From contig CANQFO010000003.1 of the NCBI GenBank assembly GCA_947599755.1, positions 1-34,004 on the forward strand: DNA of 34,004 nt. Reading direction: 5' to 3'. The notes beneath the pieces were generated by a model, which worked only from the letters and a program-made list of their open reading frames with translations, was not told where the DNA came from and made no database searches. How positions within the stretch are numbered: the stretch's first letter is position 1; each line of letters opens with the position of its first letter. A program made the position numbers and the translations under genes. This DNA is from an uncultured Bacilli bacterium (lineage in GTDB: Bacteria > Bacillota_I > Bacilli_A > RF39 > UBA660). Positions 8,936 through 18,997 of the stretch are shown here, in pieces.

Positions 8936-10522
8936 ATGGATTTATCTAATACTCAATATGAAAAAATTATTGATGAATTACCAATTAAAACCATTTTATT
9001 TTTAAAACAGGCAATCCGGATATTTTCGAAATTAGAAAAACAACCAATCAAAACAGAATATAGTGAAAAAGATAAAGTAGTTGCTTCTATGCTTTTATCT
9101 TTATTGGAAGGAGATTCTACCTTAAAGAAAGAATTAGAAAAAGAAGGAATTACGAAACAGAATATATTTCATTTCATGGGGATAGAAGAAGATGAGAAAT
9201 TAGTAAAATTATCAGAAGAAGAATATAAAAATTATTATGAAAATCGATATCAGAAGATAATTTATCATATTCTTTCCATAAGTAAGGAAGAATTAAAAAA
9301 ATTGGAAATAGAAGAGATTATAGAAGGATTATATTATCATTCTTTATGTGGGTCAAAATTTTTCTCTCTGTTAATTAGACAATATAGTTCAACAATGAAA
9401 ATAAACAGAATAATCGTAGAAAACTTAGCAAATATGCAAAAATCAAGACAATATAAAAAAAAGGACCAAATTAGTATAGAAATAAATTTAGATAAATATA
9501 TTAATAAAGAAGATAAAGTTATTAAAGAAGATAAAAAAGATCAAAAATCAGAAAATAATATCATTAAAAAAGAGAAAAAGGAAAATAAAATGTTAAATCA
9601 GTATGGAATAGATTTAACAAAGATTAGTAATCGTTTTAAAAAAGCAGTAGGAAGAGAAAAAGAAATTGAAAAGATGATGGTAGGATTAATTGCTGGTTCA
9701 GTTTTATTAATCGGAGAACCTGGAGTCGGAAAAACAGCACTTGTAGAAGGATTAGCTTATTTCTTACAACAAGAAAGAGTACCCAATATCTTAAAAGGGA
9801 AAACAATTATTGAATTAAATACCCAATCATTAGTAGCTGGATGTTCTTATGTTGGTCAATTTGAGAAGAGAATGAAATCTATTCTAGATGAAGTAGTAAA
9901 AGATCCAGATATTATTTTGTTTATCGATGAAATTCATACTATAGTTGGATTAGGATGCGGAACAGAATCTAGTCTAGATTTGGCTAATATGATTAAACCA
10001 TATTTGGCTAGAGGACAAATTAAATTAATAGGAGCAACAACAGAGGAAGAATATCAAAAATATATGCAAGATGGTGCAATAAGAAGAAGGTTTACTAAAG
10101 TTCAAGTCAATGAACCAGAGGAAAAAGTTGTTTATCAGATTATGGAAGAAAAAATAAAAGAATTAGAGCAAATTGCAAAAGTAAAATGTACCTTTACGGA
10201 ATCTGATCGAAAAAAAATCTTTCATATTTTATTAGAAGTAACCAATAAAAGGAACAGAAACTATAAGGATATTGAAGAAAATCCATCTCTTGCTCTTTCG
10301 ATATTAAGTAATGCTTTTTTCTATTCTGCAATTCATGGGAATGAACAATTGCAAAAAGAAGATATTTCTAGTGCTATTCTAGATTGTGATAGATTATACG
10401 AAAGTGTAAGACAAAGATATGCAAAAAAATTAATCAGTCAATTAAATCAACCAGAAGACCAAGGAAAAAATTCAAAAAAAATTATTCAATTTAGAAAAGA
10501 TCTGATCATTTCTGATCATTAA
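8936..10522 (+). CDS. ClpA/B/C-like AAA+ ATPase with degenerate Clp-N region and only the first nucleotide-binding domain
   Basis: YGIDLT...GREKEI, Walker A GEPGVGKT, pore loop GCSYVGQFE, Walker B LFIDEIH, IGATT, RRF. No second Walker A. Confidence 0.85.
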   Translation: MDLSNTQYEKIIDELPIKTILFLKQAIRIFSKLEKQPIKTEYSEKDKVVASMLLSLLEGDSTLKKELEKEGITKQNIFHFMGIEEDEKLVKLSEEEYKNYYENRYQKIIYHILSISKEELKKLEIEEIIEGLYYHSLCGSKFFSLLIRQYSSTMKINRIIVENLANMQKSRQYKKKDQISIEINLDKYINKEDKVIKEDKKDQKSENNIIKKEKKENKMLNQYGIDLTKISNRFKKAVGREKEIEKMMVGLIAGSVLLIGEPGVGKTALVEGLAYFLQQERVPNILKGKTIIELNTQSLVAGCSYVGQFEKRMKSILDEVVKDPDIILFIDEIHTIVGLGCGTESSLDLANMIKPYLARGQIKLIGATTEEEYQKYMQDGAIRRRFTKVQVNEPEEKVVYQIMEEKIKELEQIAKVKCTFTESDRKKIFHILLEVTNKRNRNYKDIEENPSLALSILSNAFFYSAIHGNEQLQKEDISSAILDCDRLYESVRQRYAKKLISQLNQPEDQGKNSKKIIQFRKDLIISDH

Positions 10523-10524
10523 AG

Positions 10525-10555
10525 AAAAAGTAGTCTAAAAAAATTCTACTTTTTT
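10525..10555 (+). terminator. Probable Rho-independent terminator
   Basis: aaaaagtag ... ctactttttt inverted repeat directly after the stop codon. Confidence 0.55.
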
Positions 10556-10710
10556 AATTCTCCTAATTCATAAAAGAAAGACAAATTTAGTATAAAAATT
10601 AACCATTCAAAAAAGTTGTCATGAATTGACAATAAAAATAAAAAAAAATATTTAAATATGAAGAAAAAAAGATTAAAATAAAGATAAATAAAGAATAAAG
10701 GAGAGAAAAA

Positions 10711-11613
10711 ATGAATCAAAATAATTCTGAAGGTCAAGAAAAAAAGAAAGGAAAAGGATTATTTCTTACATTATTTTTACTAGGAATAACCTTAATTGCT
10801 ATAGGAGGATACTTATGTATAGATAAGAGAATACTATCTAATAGTAAAGTGGAGCAAAATGATCAAAAAAATGAAAATAAAAATGAAAAAGATGAAGAAA
10901 CAGAAATAACCGATCAAAACTTAAAAAATAGTTTAACCGAAAAAATTCACTATCTGACCAATTACAATTATCATCAAACAAATACCAATGCTTATGAGTT
11001 CAGATATGAAAATAATACAAATTTTGGAGATGTTTTTCATCATTTTAATGAAGAAACAAAATTACATGTTTTATTAACTTATTTAAATGAAACAAATAAA
11101 TTTTCTAACATTAGTGAAATAAATAAAAGCAATAACTTAGTAAAAGAATATATAGATGCAGGAATGGAAGTAAGAGAAATTTCTGCAGATGAAGTAAATT
11201 TTCAATATAAATTGTTTTATGGAACAGATGTTCCTTCCTATCAAAGCGTATTAGGAAATTGCTTTCGCTTCGAATATGATCCTACGATCAAAACTTTCTT
11301 TTGGACTACCCCTACCTGTGGAGGAACTACTCCAAATTTAGTTTACTCCTATATTAATCAATATACGAAAGATAAAGAAAATGCTTATGTATATGTCAGT
11401 TATGCAACTTCTGAACCAAAAGATATAACCGGATCATCTTACAATATTTATAAAGGATTAGAAAAAGAAATTTATCAAAGCGATGTAAATAAGGAAACAG
11501 TAGAAAATTTTAAAATTGATGAAAATAATCAACAAGATTTTGCAAAATATAAATTTACCTTTAAAAAAGATAATAGTGGTAACTATTATTGGATAAACTT
11601 AGAAAAAGCCTAA
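10711..11613 (+). CDS. Hypothetical single-pass membrane-anchored extracellular protein (300 aa)
   Basis: SD AAGGAG. Basic N-terminus, one TM helix, charged linker, and a Cys pair (NCF...TCGG). Confidence 0.8.
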   Translation: MNQNNSEGQEKKKGKGLFLTLFLLGITLIAIGGYLCIDKRILSNSKVEQNDQKNENKNEKDEETEITDQNLKNSLTEKIHYLTNYNYHQTNTNAYEFRYENNTNFGDVFHHFNEETKLHVLLTYLNETNKFSNISEINKSNNLVKEYIDAGMEVREISADEVNFQYKLFYGTDVPSYQSVLGNCFRFEYDPTIKTFFWTTPTCGGTTPNLVYSYINQYTKDKENAYVYVSYATSEPKDITGSSYNIYKGLEKEIYQSDVNKETVENFKIDENNQQDFAKYKFTFKKDNSGNYYWINLEKA

Positions 11614-11640
11614 GTTTTTAAAAGAGATCATAAAATAAAG

Positions 11641-11685
11641 AAAAATCAAGAGTTAAGTGAAATTACTGATTAACCCTTGATTTTT
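11641..11685. terminator. Bidirectional terminator between convergent genes
   Basis: aaaaatcaagagttaa / ttaacccttgattttt, a 16-bp stem with one mismatch and A/T tails on both sides. Confidence 0.75.
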
Positions 11686-11726
11686 AATTATCTTTTAAGA
11701 TAAAAAAGATTCGATGAAAGACAAAA

Positions 11727-12035
11727 TTAAGAATGATCAGAAGAATTTTTCTTTATCTGATTTTGATCTACTCTTTTCGCAACAATAACCCTTTTTTTAT
11801 CATAGACAATTAATTCAGAACTTGAAATATCTTTGCCTAATAAATTAGAAATACTGATTGATATTCTATCCAACATTTCCAAAGATGGATTTCTTTTAGC
11901 CTTTTCTAATTGATTAATATAGATTAAACTTGTACCAATTATTTCGGCGAATTTTTCTTGAGATAATTTTGCAAGATGTCTGTAATACTTAAGGTTTATT
12001 GCTAAAATATCTTTACTTTCCAAAATAATTATCAT
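11727..12035 (-). CDS. XRE/Cro-CI family HTH transcriptional regulator
   Basis: NLKYYR...LSQEKFAEIIG...YINQLE..KRNPSLEML. SD GGAGG on the minus strand. Confidence 0.9.
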   Translation of the reverse strand: MIIILESKDILAINLKYYRHLAKLSQEKFAEIIGTSLIYINQLEKAKRNPSLEMLDRISISISNLLGKDISSSELIVYDKKRVIVAKRVDQNQIKKNSSDHS

Positions 12036-12100
12036 TCGCCTCCAATTCTCATAAAACAGTATTCAATTAACAAATATTATATGGAAATATTGCATAAAAT

Positions 12101-12124
12101 TCTTTATAACTATAGTGATAAAGA
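12101..12124. promoter_or_regulatory. 24-bp palindromic operator candidate
   Basis: tctttataactatagtgataaaga is self-complementary except for one pair. It lies between the divergent xre gene and surface-protein operon. Confidence 0.65.
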
Positions 12125-12150
12125 CAAATATAATTTTTTTTATGTAAACG

Positions 12151-12179
12151 TTGACTAAAAATTGAACGTATAGTATAAT
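12151..12179 (+). promoter_or_regulatory. sigmaA promoter of the surface-protein operon
   Basis: TTGACT-17 bp-TATAAT. Confidence 0.75.
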
Positions 12180-12275
12180 TTCTATAGATAAAACAATCCT
12201 ATCGGTTATCGAGGAATATAGGAGGATTGATCAGATAAAAAAGAAAAATCTAATAAAAGAAGAAGAGGAGTAAAG

Positions 12276-13619
12276 ATGAAAAAGAAAAAAATAATAATAG
12301 GTTTAATCCTATTGACATTATTAATCGCTTGTATATTATTTTTCTTAATCAGTGGAAGAAAATATACGGTGACATTTAATTCAAATGGTGGTACAGCAGT
12401 TGAATCAATTAAAGTAAAGAAAAACCATATGATAGAAGAACCAAAAAATCCAACCAAAAAAGGTTATCAATTTGCAGGATGGTACTTCAATAATAAATTA
12501 TTTGATTTTAAAACAAAGATAACCAAAAATATCACACTAAAAGCACATTGGCAATCTAATGGTATTGAATTAGAATCAGATCATTTAAATTTAGTAGTTG
12601 GATTAGAAGATGAAATAAAAATTTTATCTTTACCTGATGGGATAACGATCGAGGATTTAGTATTCACATCTAGCGATGAAAGTATTGCTACCGTTTCCCA
12701 AGATGGAAAGATAAAAGCTTTAAAAAATGGTACGGTTACGATAACCGTTAAGTCTAAAGATAATCAATATCGTGCTAAATGTAAGATAACGATAACAGAG
12801 AAAAAAATTGAGATTAAAGATATTTCTATAGATGGTGCTAGTTCTTTAGTAGTTGGAAGCAGTATTCAATTAACGGTAAAAATTAGTCCTGATGATGCTA
12901 CAAGAGAGAAGATGATGTGGAAAAGTAGTGATCCTTCTATTGCAACAGTTGATGAAAACGGTAATGTAAAAGGAGTAAAAGCTGGAAAAGTAACGATTAC
13001 CGTAACAACAGAAAATGGAAAAACAGCAACTAAGACAATCACCATAAAAGCTAAACAAACATCATCAAATAATAATAATAATGGTGGACAACCAAATCCT
13101 CCAAGTGTACCAAAAGAAATCTTACCAACAAATGTTAGCATTAGTGGAGGAAGTAATACGATGTATGTAGGAGATAGAGGAAGACTAACTGCTAATATTA
13201 CTCCAGGAGATGCTAATGATAAAGGGGTATCATGGAGTAGTAATAATGCTAGTGTTGTATCAGTAGATGGTAGTGGAAATATCGTCGCAAACGGTGTAGG
13301 ACAAGCTACGATAACCGTACGAACCAATGCTGGAGGAAAAACAGCAACCATTACTATAACAGTTATAGAAAGACCTGCAAGCTATAGTATAATCTTAACC
13401 CCAATTAAACAAGAAGGAACAGGAAGTATTGCTGAATATACGTTTGTAGTGATGAAAAATGGAAATACCTTTAATGAATATATAGGATTTGAATACGGTG
13501 GAGGAGAAATTCATAATGGTGGAGGTACAGTCTTAGCAAAATTTGTTGGTGGAGGAAGTGCAACCCTTATTTTAAATGATTATTCAAGAGTTTCTGTCAG
13601 TGTAATCATCAATAATTAA
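12276..13619 (+). CDS. Surface protein: N-terminal TM anchor, InlB B-repeat, three Big_2 (bacterial Ig-like) domains
   Basis: YTVTFNSNGG...PTKKGYQFAGWY...LKAHW, then three [FW]xS[SN]xx[SI].A/V.V..G.....G...ITV units. Asn/Pro linker before the third. Confidence 0.88.
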   Translation: MKKKKIIIGLILLTLLIACILFFLISGRKYTVTFNSNGGTAVESIKVKKNHMIEEPKNPTKKGYQFAGWYFNNKLFDFKTKITKNITLKAHWQSNGIELESDHLNLVVGLEDEIKILSLPDGITIEDLVFTSSDESIATVSQDGKIKALKNGTVTITVKSKDNQYRAKCKITITEKKIEIKDISIDGASSLVVGSSIQLTVKISPDDATREKMMWKSSDPSIATVDENGNVKGVKAGKVTITVTTENGKTATKTITIKAKQTSSNNNNNGGQPNPPSVPKEILPTNVSISGGSNTMYVGDRGRLTANITPGDANDKGVSWSSNNASVVSVDGSGNIVANGVGQATITVRTNAGGKTATITITVIERPASYSIILTPIKQEGTGSIAEYTFVVMKNGNTFNEYIGFEYGGGEIHNGGGTVLAKFVGGGSATLILNDYSRVSVSVIINN

Positions 13620-13637
13620 AGGAAAGGAGTATATCAA

Positions 13638-16600
13638 ATGATGAAGAAATGGAAATTAAAATTTTTCCTAGCAATTGTTTTCTTTTTAGGATTTTCTAGC
13701 CCTGTATTTGCCAAAGAAATGACTTTAGAAGAATTAGGAAAATTAATTGATGAAAAACAACCTAATGCAAATCATGCTTTTGTTATTGGAAAATATGTTT
13801 TTACCTCACTATATGAAAATAACGGAAAAAAAGGTTTAGATACTAAAGATATTATGTTAGCAGCAAGAAGTATAGAAACTTTAACGGGTGATGGGGAAAT
13901 TCATACCGATAAAATTTATGAAAAAATGAAAATTCACCAAATCACGAAAAAAATGAGTTCTGACTGGAAAAGCCATACTTGGGAGAAAGAAAGCGATTAT
14001 GTTGGTGGAGGAGAAGCTCCAGATACTTATCAAATTCGCTATATTGATTATCAATTTATTCCAGAGGAAACAAAGGCTAAAGTTGAATTGACAAATTCTA
14101 ATGATGAAAAATATAAAAAAATAATTGAAGAGGATTTAAAATTTACAGGTGGTAACAGTAGTAATAGCCAAAATTTACAATTATCAGACGATTGGAAATT
14201 AACTGGGTTATTATTAAAAAATACTACAGTCGATGATAGCATTTTTAAAGATGATGAAAAGACCGGATATTATTTTGCTCTTTCTATAAAAGCACCTAAA
14301 GCTACAGATAAAACAATCATTAAGGTAAAAGGAGCAAAAAAAGAGAAAAAATTTACCTATGATAAATTTGATATAAAAAATGGAGAAGATAACACTGATC
14401 CTGGTATTGCTTTTCTATATTCTGTTGATCCAAAGAAAAAAGATGATAAGAAAAAATTAGAAATTACTGTCGATTATGATGGAGAAGATAGCCAAGAATA
14501 TGCTCCTACTATTTATACCATAGATTATAGTGGAATAACTTTTCAAGAAGATTCAAGAGTAGAAAATATTGGTTTAGGATCAGAAAATGCAACTGATCAA
14601 GATAAGAATATAATAAAAGATTGGGGCTATGAAGAAAATAAAAATAAGAGTCTAACTCTTTCTCTTGATGATCAGAATCATTTCACCTATAACCTAAAAG
14701 GTACTTTAATCGAACAAATGCTAAATAGTGCAAAAGCTTTTGGAGAAAAAAATAAATTAGGATATTATTTTGATTTCACCTTTGTTTTACCAGAAGGCAG
14801 CAATAAAAATAATGTAAAAATTAGTCAAGTAAATGATGAGCAAGGAAGCAAGGAAACAAAAATTTTTCAACCTGATGAGTTTGATGAAAAAAATAATTTA
14901 ACTATATTATTTAGATTTAAACCAGAAACCACAAAATGTACAAATCATTGCAAAATATATTATAAAGTGGATTTAGATGGAGAAGGAAAGAAATATTTAC
15001 CAGTTATTTATAGCATAGATTATAGTGGAGTAACCTTTGAAAAATCATCTGTCTTTACTGTTGAAGGAATAACTGATGAAGATAAAGATGAATATGATAA
15101 TTCAAATTGGTATGATACAAATAATGGTTATTCTGTTCAAGTAGAAAAAGATCAGAATGAAGAAAAAAAATATCATATAACAGGTGTTTTACCAATATTT
15201 AATGATGAAGAAAAGGATTTTAACTCTCTACATACTTTTGACACAGAAAAAGAACTATATTATTTAGGCTTACTATTAAAGTTAAGCAATGCTGAAAAAA
15301 TACAATCTGAGAACAGTGAAGCCATAACCGTTAAATTTTTCCATAATGATGGTAGTTCTGATGATCAATTCTTAAAAGTAACAGCTGATGATTTTGAAAG
15401 TTCTCATAAACTTTACCTATTAAAAGCATTATGCGAGATTGCTGCTGATTCGAGTAGTACAATTCCTGATTCAGAAAAAATCTTTACCATTACTGTAGAT
15501 TTAGATGGAGATGAAGAGACATATGCTCCATATACGGTTACTATTGATTGGAGTGGGTTAGTATTACAAAAAAAATCTAGTGGAAATTCTAAAAATTATG
15601 ATGTAGTTCTATCTGAAGAGGATTTGGGTACTGATACAAAAGCCAAAGAAGAATTAAAAAGTTATGGATATCAATATGAAAATGATAGGGATATATCTCT
15701 AAAAGAGGGAACAAAAGACTTAACAGGTACGATTAAAGAACAAAAATTAAAAGAAACAGCAGGATTTAAAGATGACAATAAAGGTTATTTTGTCCCAATA
15801 AAAGTTGAATTTCCTGGAAAAGATAATCCAAAATTAAAAGATTATGCAGACAAATGGACACTAATACTAAATACCGAAGATAATCGGACATTTGAATATC
15901 AGCCAAGTAGTGAAGAATATCAACAAGGATGGGTAATGGTATTATTTAAAATTTATCGTGATACTAAGACAGAAATCAAATACCAAATTGACTTTGATGG
16001 ATTACCTAAAGATGGTAAAGGATATAATTTTGTTCCTGAAGATTATCAAATTAGTTATGCTGATTTAGCATTCAAAACAGCAAATCAGATAAAATTTAAC
16101 TATACAGATAAAAACGGAAAACAACAATCAGAAACAGCCATAATTTATGAAGGAGAACAATTAGGTCATGATTTAGCAGCAACTCAAAATATGGATTATC
16201 GTACTTTTGATGGTTGGTATAACCAAAGTGATAAAGTAGAAGTAGAAAAAGTATTAGAAAAAGATGAAGATTTAGAGTTAACTGCTCATTGGAAAATTAA
16301 TTCAGAAAAATTTATATCCGAAGTAATTACAGATTTAAATAGTTCAGATGAGACTTATTCTAATGATTTTTCAAAAAAATTTAACTTAACTCAAAATGAT
16401 GAAAATAAGAAAGAAATTACCATAAATATTGAGAGAGCAAAAGTACCATTAACAGAATTAGCAGAAACCAGTATTCCTGGAGCAATTGCTTATGCCTTAC
16501 AAACTGAGGAAATTAAAGATATTACTTTAACGGCTGGAAAAAGCAATTCTGTAACATTTAAAAAAGATTATACAAATAATTCCCAAACCTATGATAAAAC

Positions 16601-18947
16601 TGCTGATAGAGATGAAAAATTATTAGGAAAAGAAGGTACTTTATTAAAGAAAGAAATTATTAAAGGAACAAAAGAAATCTTCAATAAAGAATTAGAAGAA
16701 AAAGAAGAAACTGCTACTTTAGATCAATTAGAATATATGGATAAATCATTTTCTATTCAAATAGGAACTGTTGATAATACCGTTACATTAGTAAAAGATG
16801 ATGGAACAGAAATCAAAGACGGTACAGATAAAACATATACATTTAAATTTGACTCTGATTTTGTTGTCGTAGATGAAGAGGAAGAACTTGGTGCTACGGA
16901 TATCCGTACCGCATTAACTAGTGCAAAAAATTATCATACCATTTATGTTGATGGTAATCTAAACTTAAGTAAAACATTAGATATTAATGCTACAGATGAA
17001 GTAGTGATAAAACCAGTAGATGCTACTTCAAAAAACAAAACAATAACCGTTTCTAATCAAGATTATGCAATTGATGTAAAATCAGGAACAGTAAATATTT
17101 CTAATTTAAAAATTACTGGAGGAAAAAAAGCAGAATTAAGAATTGAAGAAGGAGCAAATGTTACTGTTGATAATATTGATGTTTCTGGTAATATTACTCC
17201 AGTGGAATCAAAAGATGAAAAAATGCATGCTGGAATTATTGTAAGAGGTAATTTAACGATAAATTCTAAAATAACAAATGAAAACGAGAAATATGGATTA
17301 CCTACCGTTGCTACAGTTACTAGTTATTCCTATCCAACTGATAAAGAGTTAGAAGGAGAAAGACATGATGATGAAACGTTAGCTAAAGCTGCTACGATAA
17401 ATGATCAATCTAAAATGGCAAAAAATGATAGATATCATATCGTTAAGAGAAATGAAGAAACACATATTGATTTATTTATAGAGACATATTATGGTTCTTT
17501 CTACTATAATAATCCAAATAATGCTAAAATTTATTTAGCCGGAATTATCGATCAGGAAAAAGCTTCTCCAGGACCTTATGATTATATTAAAATTTATTAT
17601 TATGATGAAGATTTTGATTTAAGTGGTTTGGGTTATCAAGAGAATCAAACACCTACTGGTGTTTCTCCAGAAAAAGTCTTTAAAAACTTTACATTGAATG
17701 ATAAGGTAATCAAGGGTGATGGTTCAGAAAAAGTTCAAAATATATTGAATGTTGCAGATACTGCTCATATCGTTGTTAATTATCAACCAAAACCATCCGC
17801 AACTCTTACCTTCCAAAATACTGATGGATTAGAGGGAAAAGAAAATCGTGTTTCTGGAACTTTAAAAACACAAAGCGAAGATGGCAAATACTATATACCA
17901 ATTACGTTAAAATCAGAAAAATTTCAAGATAATCAAACAACAATTCAAATTACTAATCCAAATGGAGAGTCAAAAACTTATACTTATAGTTCAACGAATG
18001 AAGATGGAATTGTTGCGAAAATCAGTACAGATAAAACGATTCATTTAAATTTAGAAGCAATTAAATCTTCTCAAATAACTGGAGAATATGGTAAAGTTTA
18101 TACCATTATCCTTGATATAGATGGAAATGATACCAAGTATCAAGAAGAAACTTATACCGTTGATTATAGCCAAGTTACTACTTTGGAAGAAATCATTAAT
18201 ACCGCTGCAGAAAAAACAGAAGCAGCAAATAGTTTAACTTATACGAATAATAGCAAGGTTAAAGATAATGAAATGAAATATACTTATCGCTATGATAAAG
18301 AAAAAGGATTAACCTTATATAATGACGAAGAATATTCTTTTCAAATTAATAAAGTAGATTCTACTCATGAAGGAACAGCTAGCCTTGTATTGAGAAAATT
18401 AACTGATTCATATCCAGGATCAGATGAAAGACCAACAATTAATGGTTGGGAATTTAGTAATCAAATTCAACGAATAGGCATGGGAATTTATGAATTACAA
18501 TTATTTATTGATATGAAAAATAATCGTGCAATTAAAGACGTAGTGAAAAAAGAAAATCATACATACGAAGTTACTTTAGATGGGAAAAGTGTAGCCTCTT
18601 GGTTAAATATTTCTTATATTGGTAATCCTGCAAAGGGCAATAATCCAACAACGGATAATCATCAAGAAATAGAAGATACAGTAAAATTAACTGTAGTATT
18701 GGACGAAAAAGATCAATACGTTAAAAGTTTTAAAACCAATCAAAACTTTGCGATTAATGATACCTATCCAGATAATCATATCGATGTTACCATTAATCAG
18801 ATTAATGAAACAACGATTGATGATCCATATACAAAATTAGGAAAAGGTAGTAAACTTACGAAAGAAGAAATCATGGAATTTTATCAGAAAGTTATCCAGT
18901 GGCGTAAAGACCACAATGATGTAGAGATAGCTGGAACAGCTGAGTAA
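13638..18947 (+). CDS. Giant secreted multidomain protein (1769 aa) with five copies of a beta-rich repeat (tandem period ~165-175 aa)
   Basis: Sec signal ending VFA|KE. Repeated GYYF...D[YLFI]DG...Y.[IV]DYS motifs, an InlB-B-like unit (FDGWY...LTAHW), and a possible beta-helix segment. No LPXTG or C-terminal TM. Confidence 0.82.
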   Translation: MMKKWKLKFFLAIVFFLGFSSPVFAKEMTLEELGKLIDEKQPNANHAFVIGKYVFTSLYENNGKKGLDTKDIMLAARSIETLTGDGEIHTDKIYEKMKIHQITKKMSSDWKSHTWEKESDYVGGGEAPDTYQIRYIDYQFIPEETKAKVELTNSNDEKYKKIIEEDLKFTGGNSSNSQNLQLSDDWKLTGLLLKNTTVDDSIFKDDEKTGYYFALSIKAPKATDKTIIKVKGAKKEKKFTYDKFDIKNGEDNTDPGIAFLYSVDPKKKDDKKKLEITVDYDGEDSQEYAPTIYTIDYSGITFQEDSRVENIGLGSENATDQDKNIIKDWGYEENKNKSLTLSLDDQNHFTYNLKGTLIEQMLNSAKAFGEKNKLGYYFDFTFVLPEGSNKNNVKISQVNDEQGSKETKIFQPDEFDEKNNLTILFRFKPETTKCTNHCKIYYKVDLDGEGKKYLPVIYSIDYSGVTFEKSSVFTVEGITDEDKDEYDNSNWYDTNNGYSVQVEKDQNEEKKYHITGVLPIFNDEEKDFNSLHTFDTEKELYYLGLLLKLSNAEKIQSENSEAITVKFFHNDGSSDDQFLKVTADDFESSHKLYLLKALCEIAADSSSTIPDSEKIFTITVDLDGDEETYAPYTVTIDWSGLVLQKKSSGNSKNYDVVLSEEDLGTDTKAKEELKSYGYQYENDRDISLKEGTKDLTGTIKEQKLKETAGFKDDNKGYFVPIKVEFPGKDNPKLKDYADKWTLILNTEDNRTFEYQPSSEEYQQGWVMVLFKIYRDTKTEIKYQIDFDGLPKDGKGYNFVPEDYQISYADLAFKTANQIKFNYTDKNGKQQSETAIIYEGEQLGHDLAATQNMDYRTFDGWYNQSDKVEVEKVLEKDEDLELTAHWKINSEKFISEVITDLNSSDETYSNDFSKKFNLTQNDENKKEITINIERAKVPLTELAETSIPGAIAYALQTEEIKDITLTAGKSNSVTFKKDYTNNSQTYDKTADRDEKLLGKEGTLLKKEIIKGTKEIFNKELEEKEETATLDQLEYMDKSFSIQIGTVDNTVTLVKDDGTEIKDGTDKTYTFKFDSDFVVVDEEEELGATDIRTALTSAKNYHTIYVDGNLNLSKTLDINATDEVVIKPVDATSKNKTITVSNQDYAIDVKSGTVNISNLKITGGKKAELRIEEGANVTVDNIDVSGNITPVESKDEKMHAGIIVRGNLTINSKITNENEKYGLPTVATVTSYSYPTDKELEGERHDDETLAKAATINDQSKMAKNDRYHIVKRNEETHIDLFIETYYGSFYYNNPNNAKIYLAGIIDQEKASPGPYDYIKIYYYDEDFDLSGLGYQENQTPTGVSPEKVFKNFTLNDKVIKGDGSEKVQNILNVADTAHIVVNYQPKPSATLTFQNTDGLEGKENRVSGTLKTQSEDGKYYIPITLKSEKFQDNQTTIQITNPNGESKTYTYSSTNEDGIVAKISTDKTIHLNLEAIKSSQITGEYGKVYTIILDIDGNDTKYQEETYTVDYSQVTTLEEIINTAAEKTEAANSLTYTNNSKVKDNEMKYTYRYDKEKGLTLYNDEEYSFQINKVDSTHEGTASLVLRKLTDSYPGSDERPTINGWEFSNQIQRIGMGIYELQLFIDMKNNRAIKDVVKKENHTYEVTLDGKSVASWLNISYIGNPAKGNNPTTDNHQEIEDTVKLTVVLDEKDQYVKSFKTNQNFAINDTYPDNHIDVTINQINETTIDDPYTKLGKGSKLTKEEIMEFYQKVIQWRKDHNDVEIAGTAE

Positions 18948-18974
18948 AAGGTGTGATATTTATACCACACCTTT
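18947..18974 (+). terminator. Stem-loop after the giant gene (terminator or mRNA stabiliser)
   Basis: aaaggtgtg / cacaccttt perfect 9-bp stem with only a short U tail. Confidence 0.55.
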
Positions 18975-18997
18975 ATCTAATGAAATGAGGAGTAGAC

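Noticed and set aside
10501-10520. Tandem tctgatcatt x2 at the end of the Clp-like gene
   Set aside because: Only two copies of 10 bp within coding sequence. It could be a slippage scar, but there is no supporting element.
12195-12230. Leader hairpin (aatcct...aggatt) as a riboswitch
   Set aside because: The stem is short and no known aptamer consensus is recognisable.
13068-13082. (AAT)5 tract as a phase-variation site
   Set aside because: In-frame triplet encoding an Asn linker; slippage would not switch expression.
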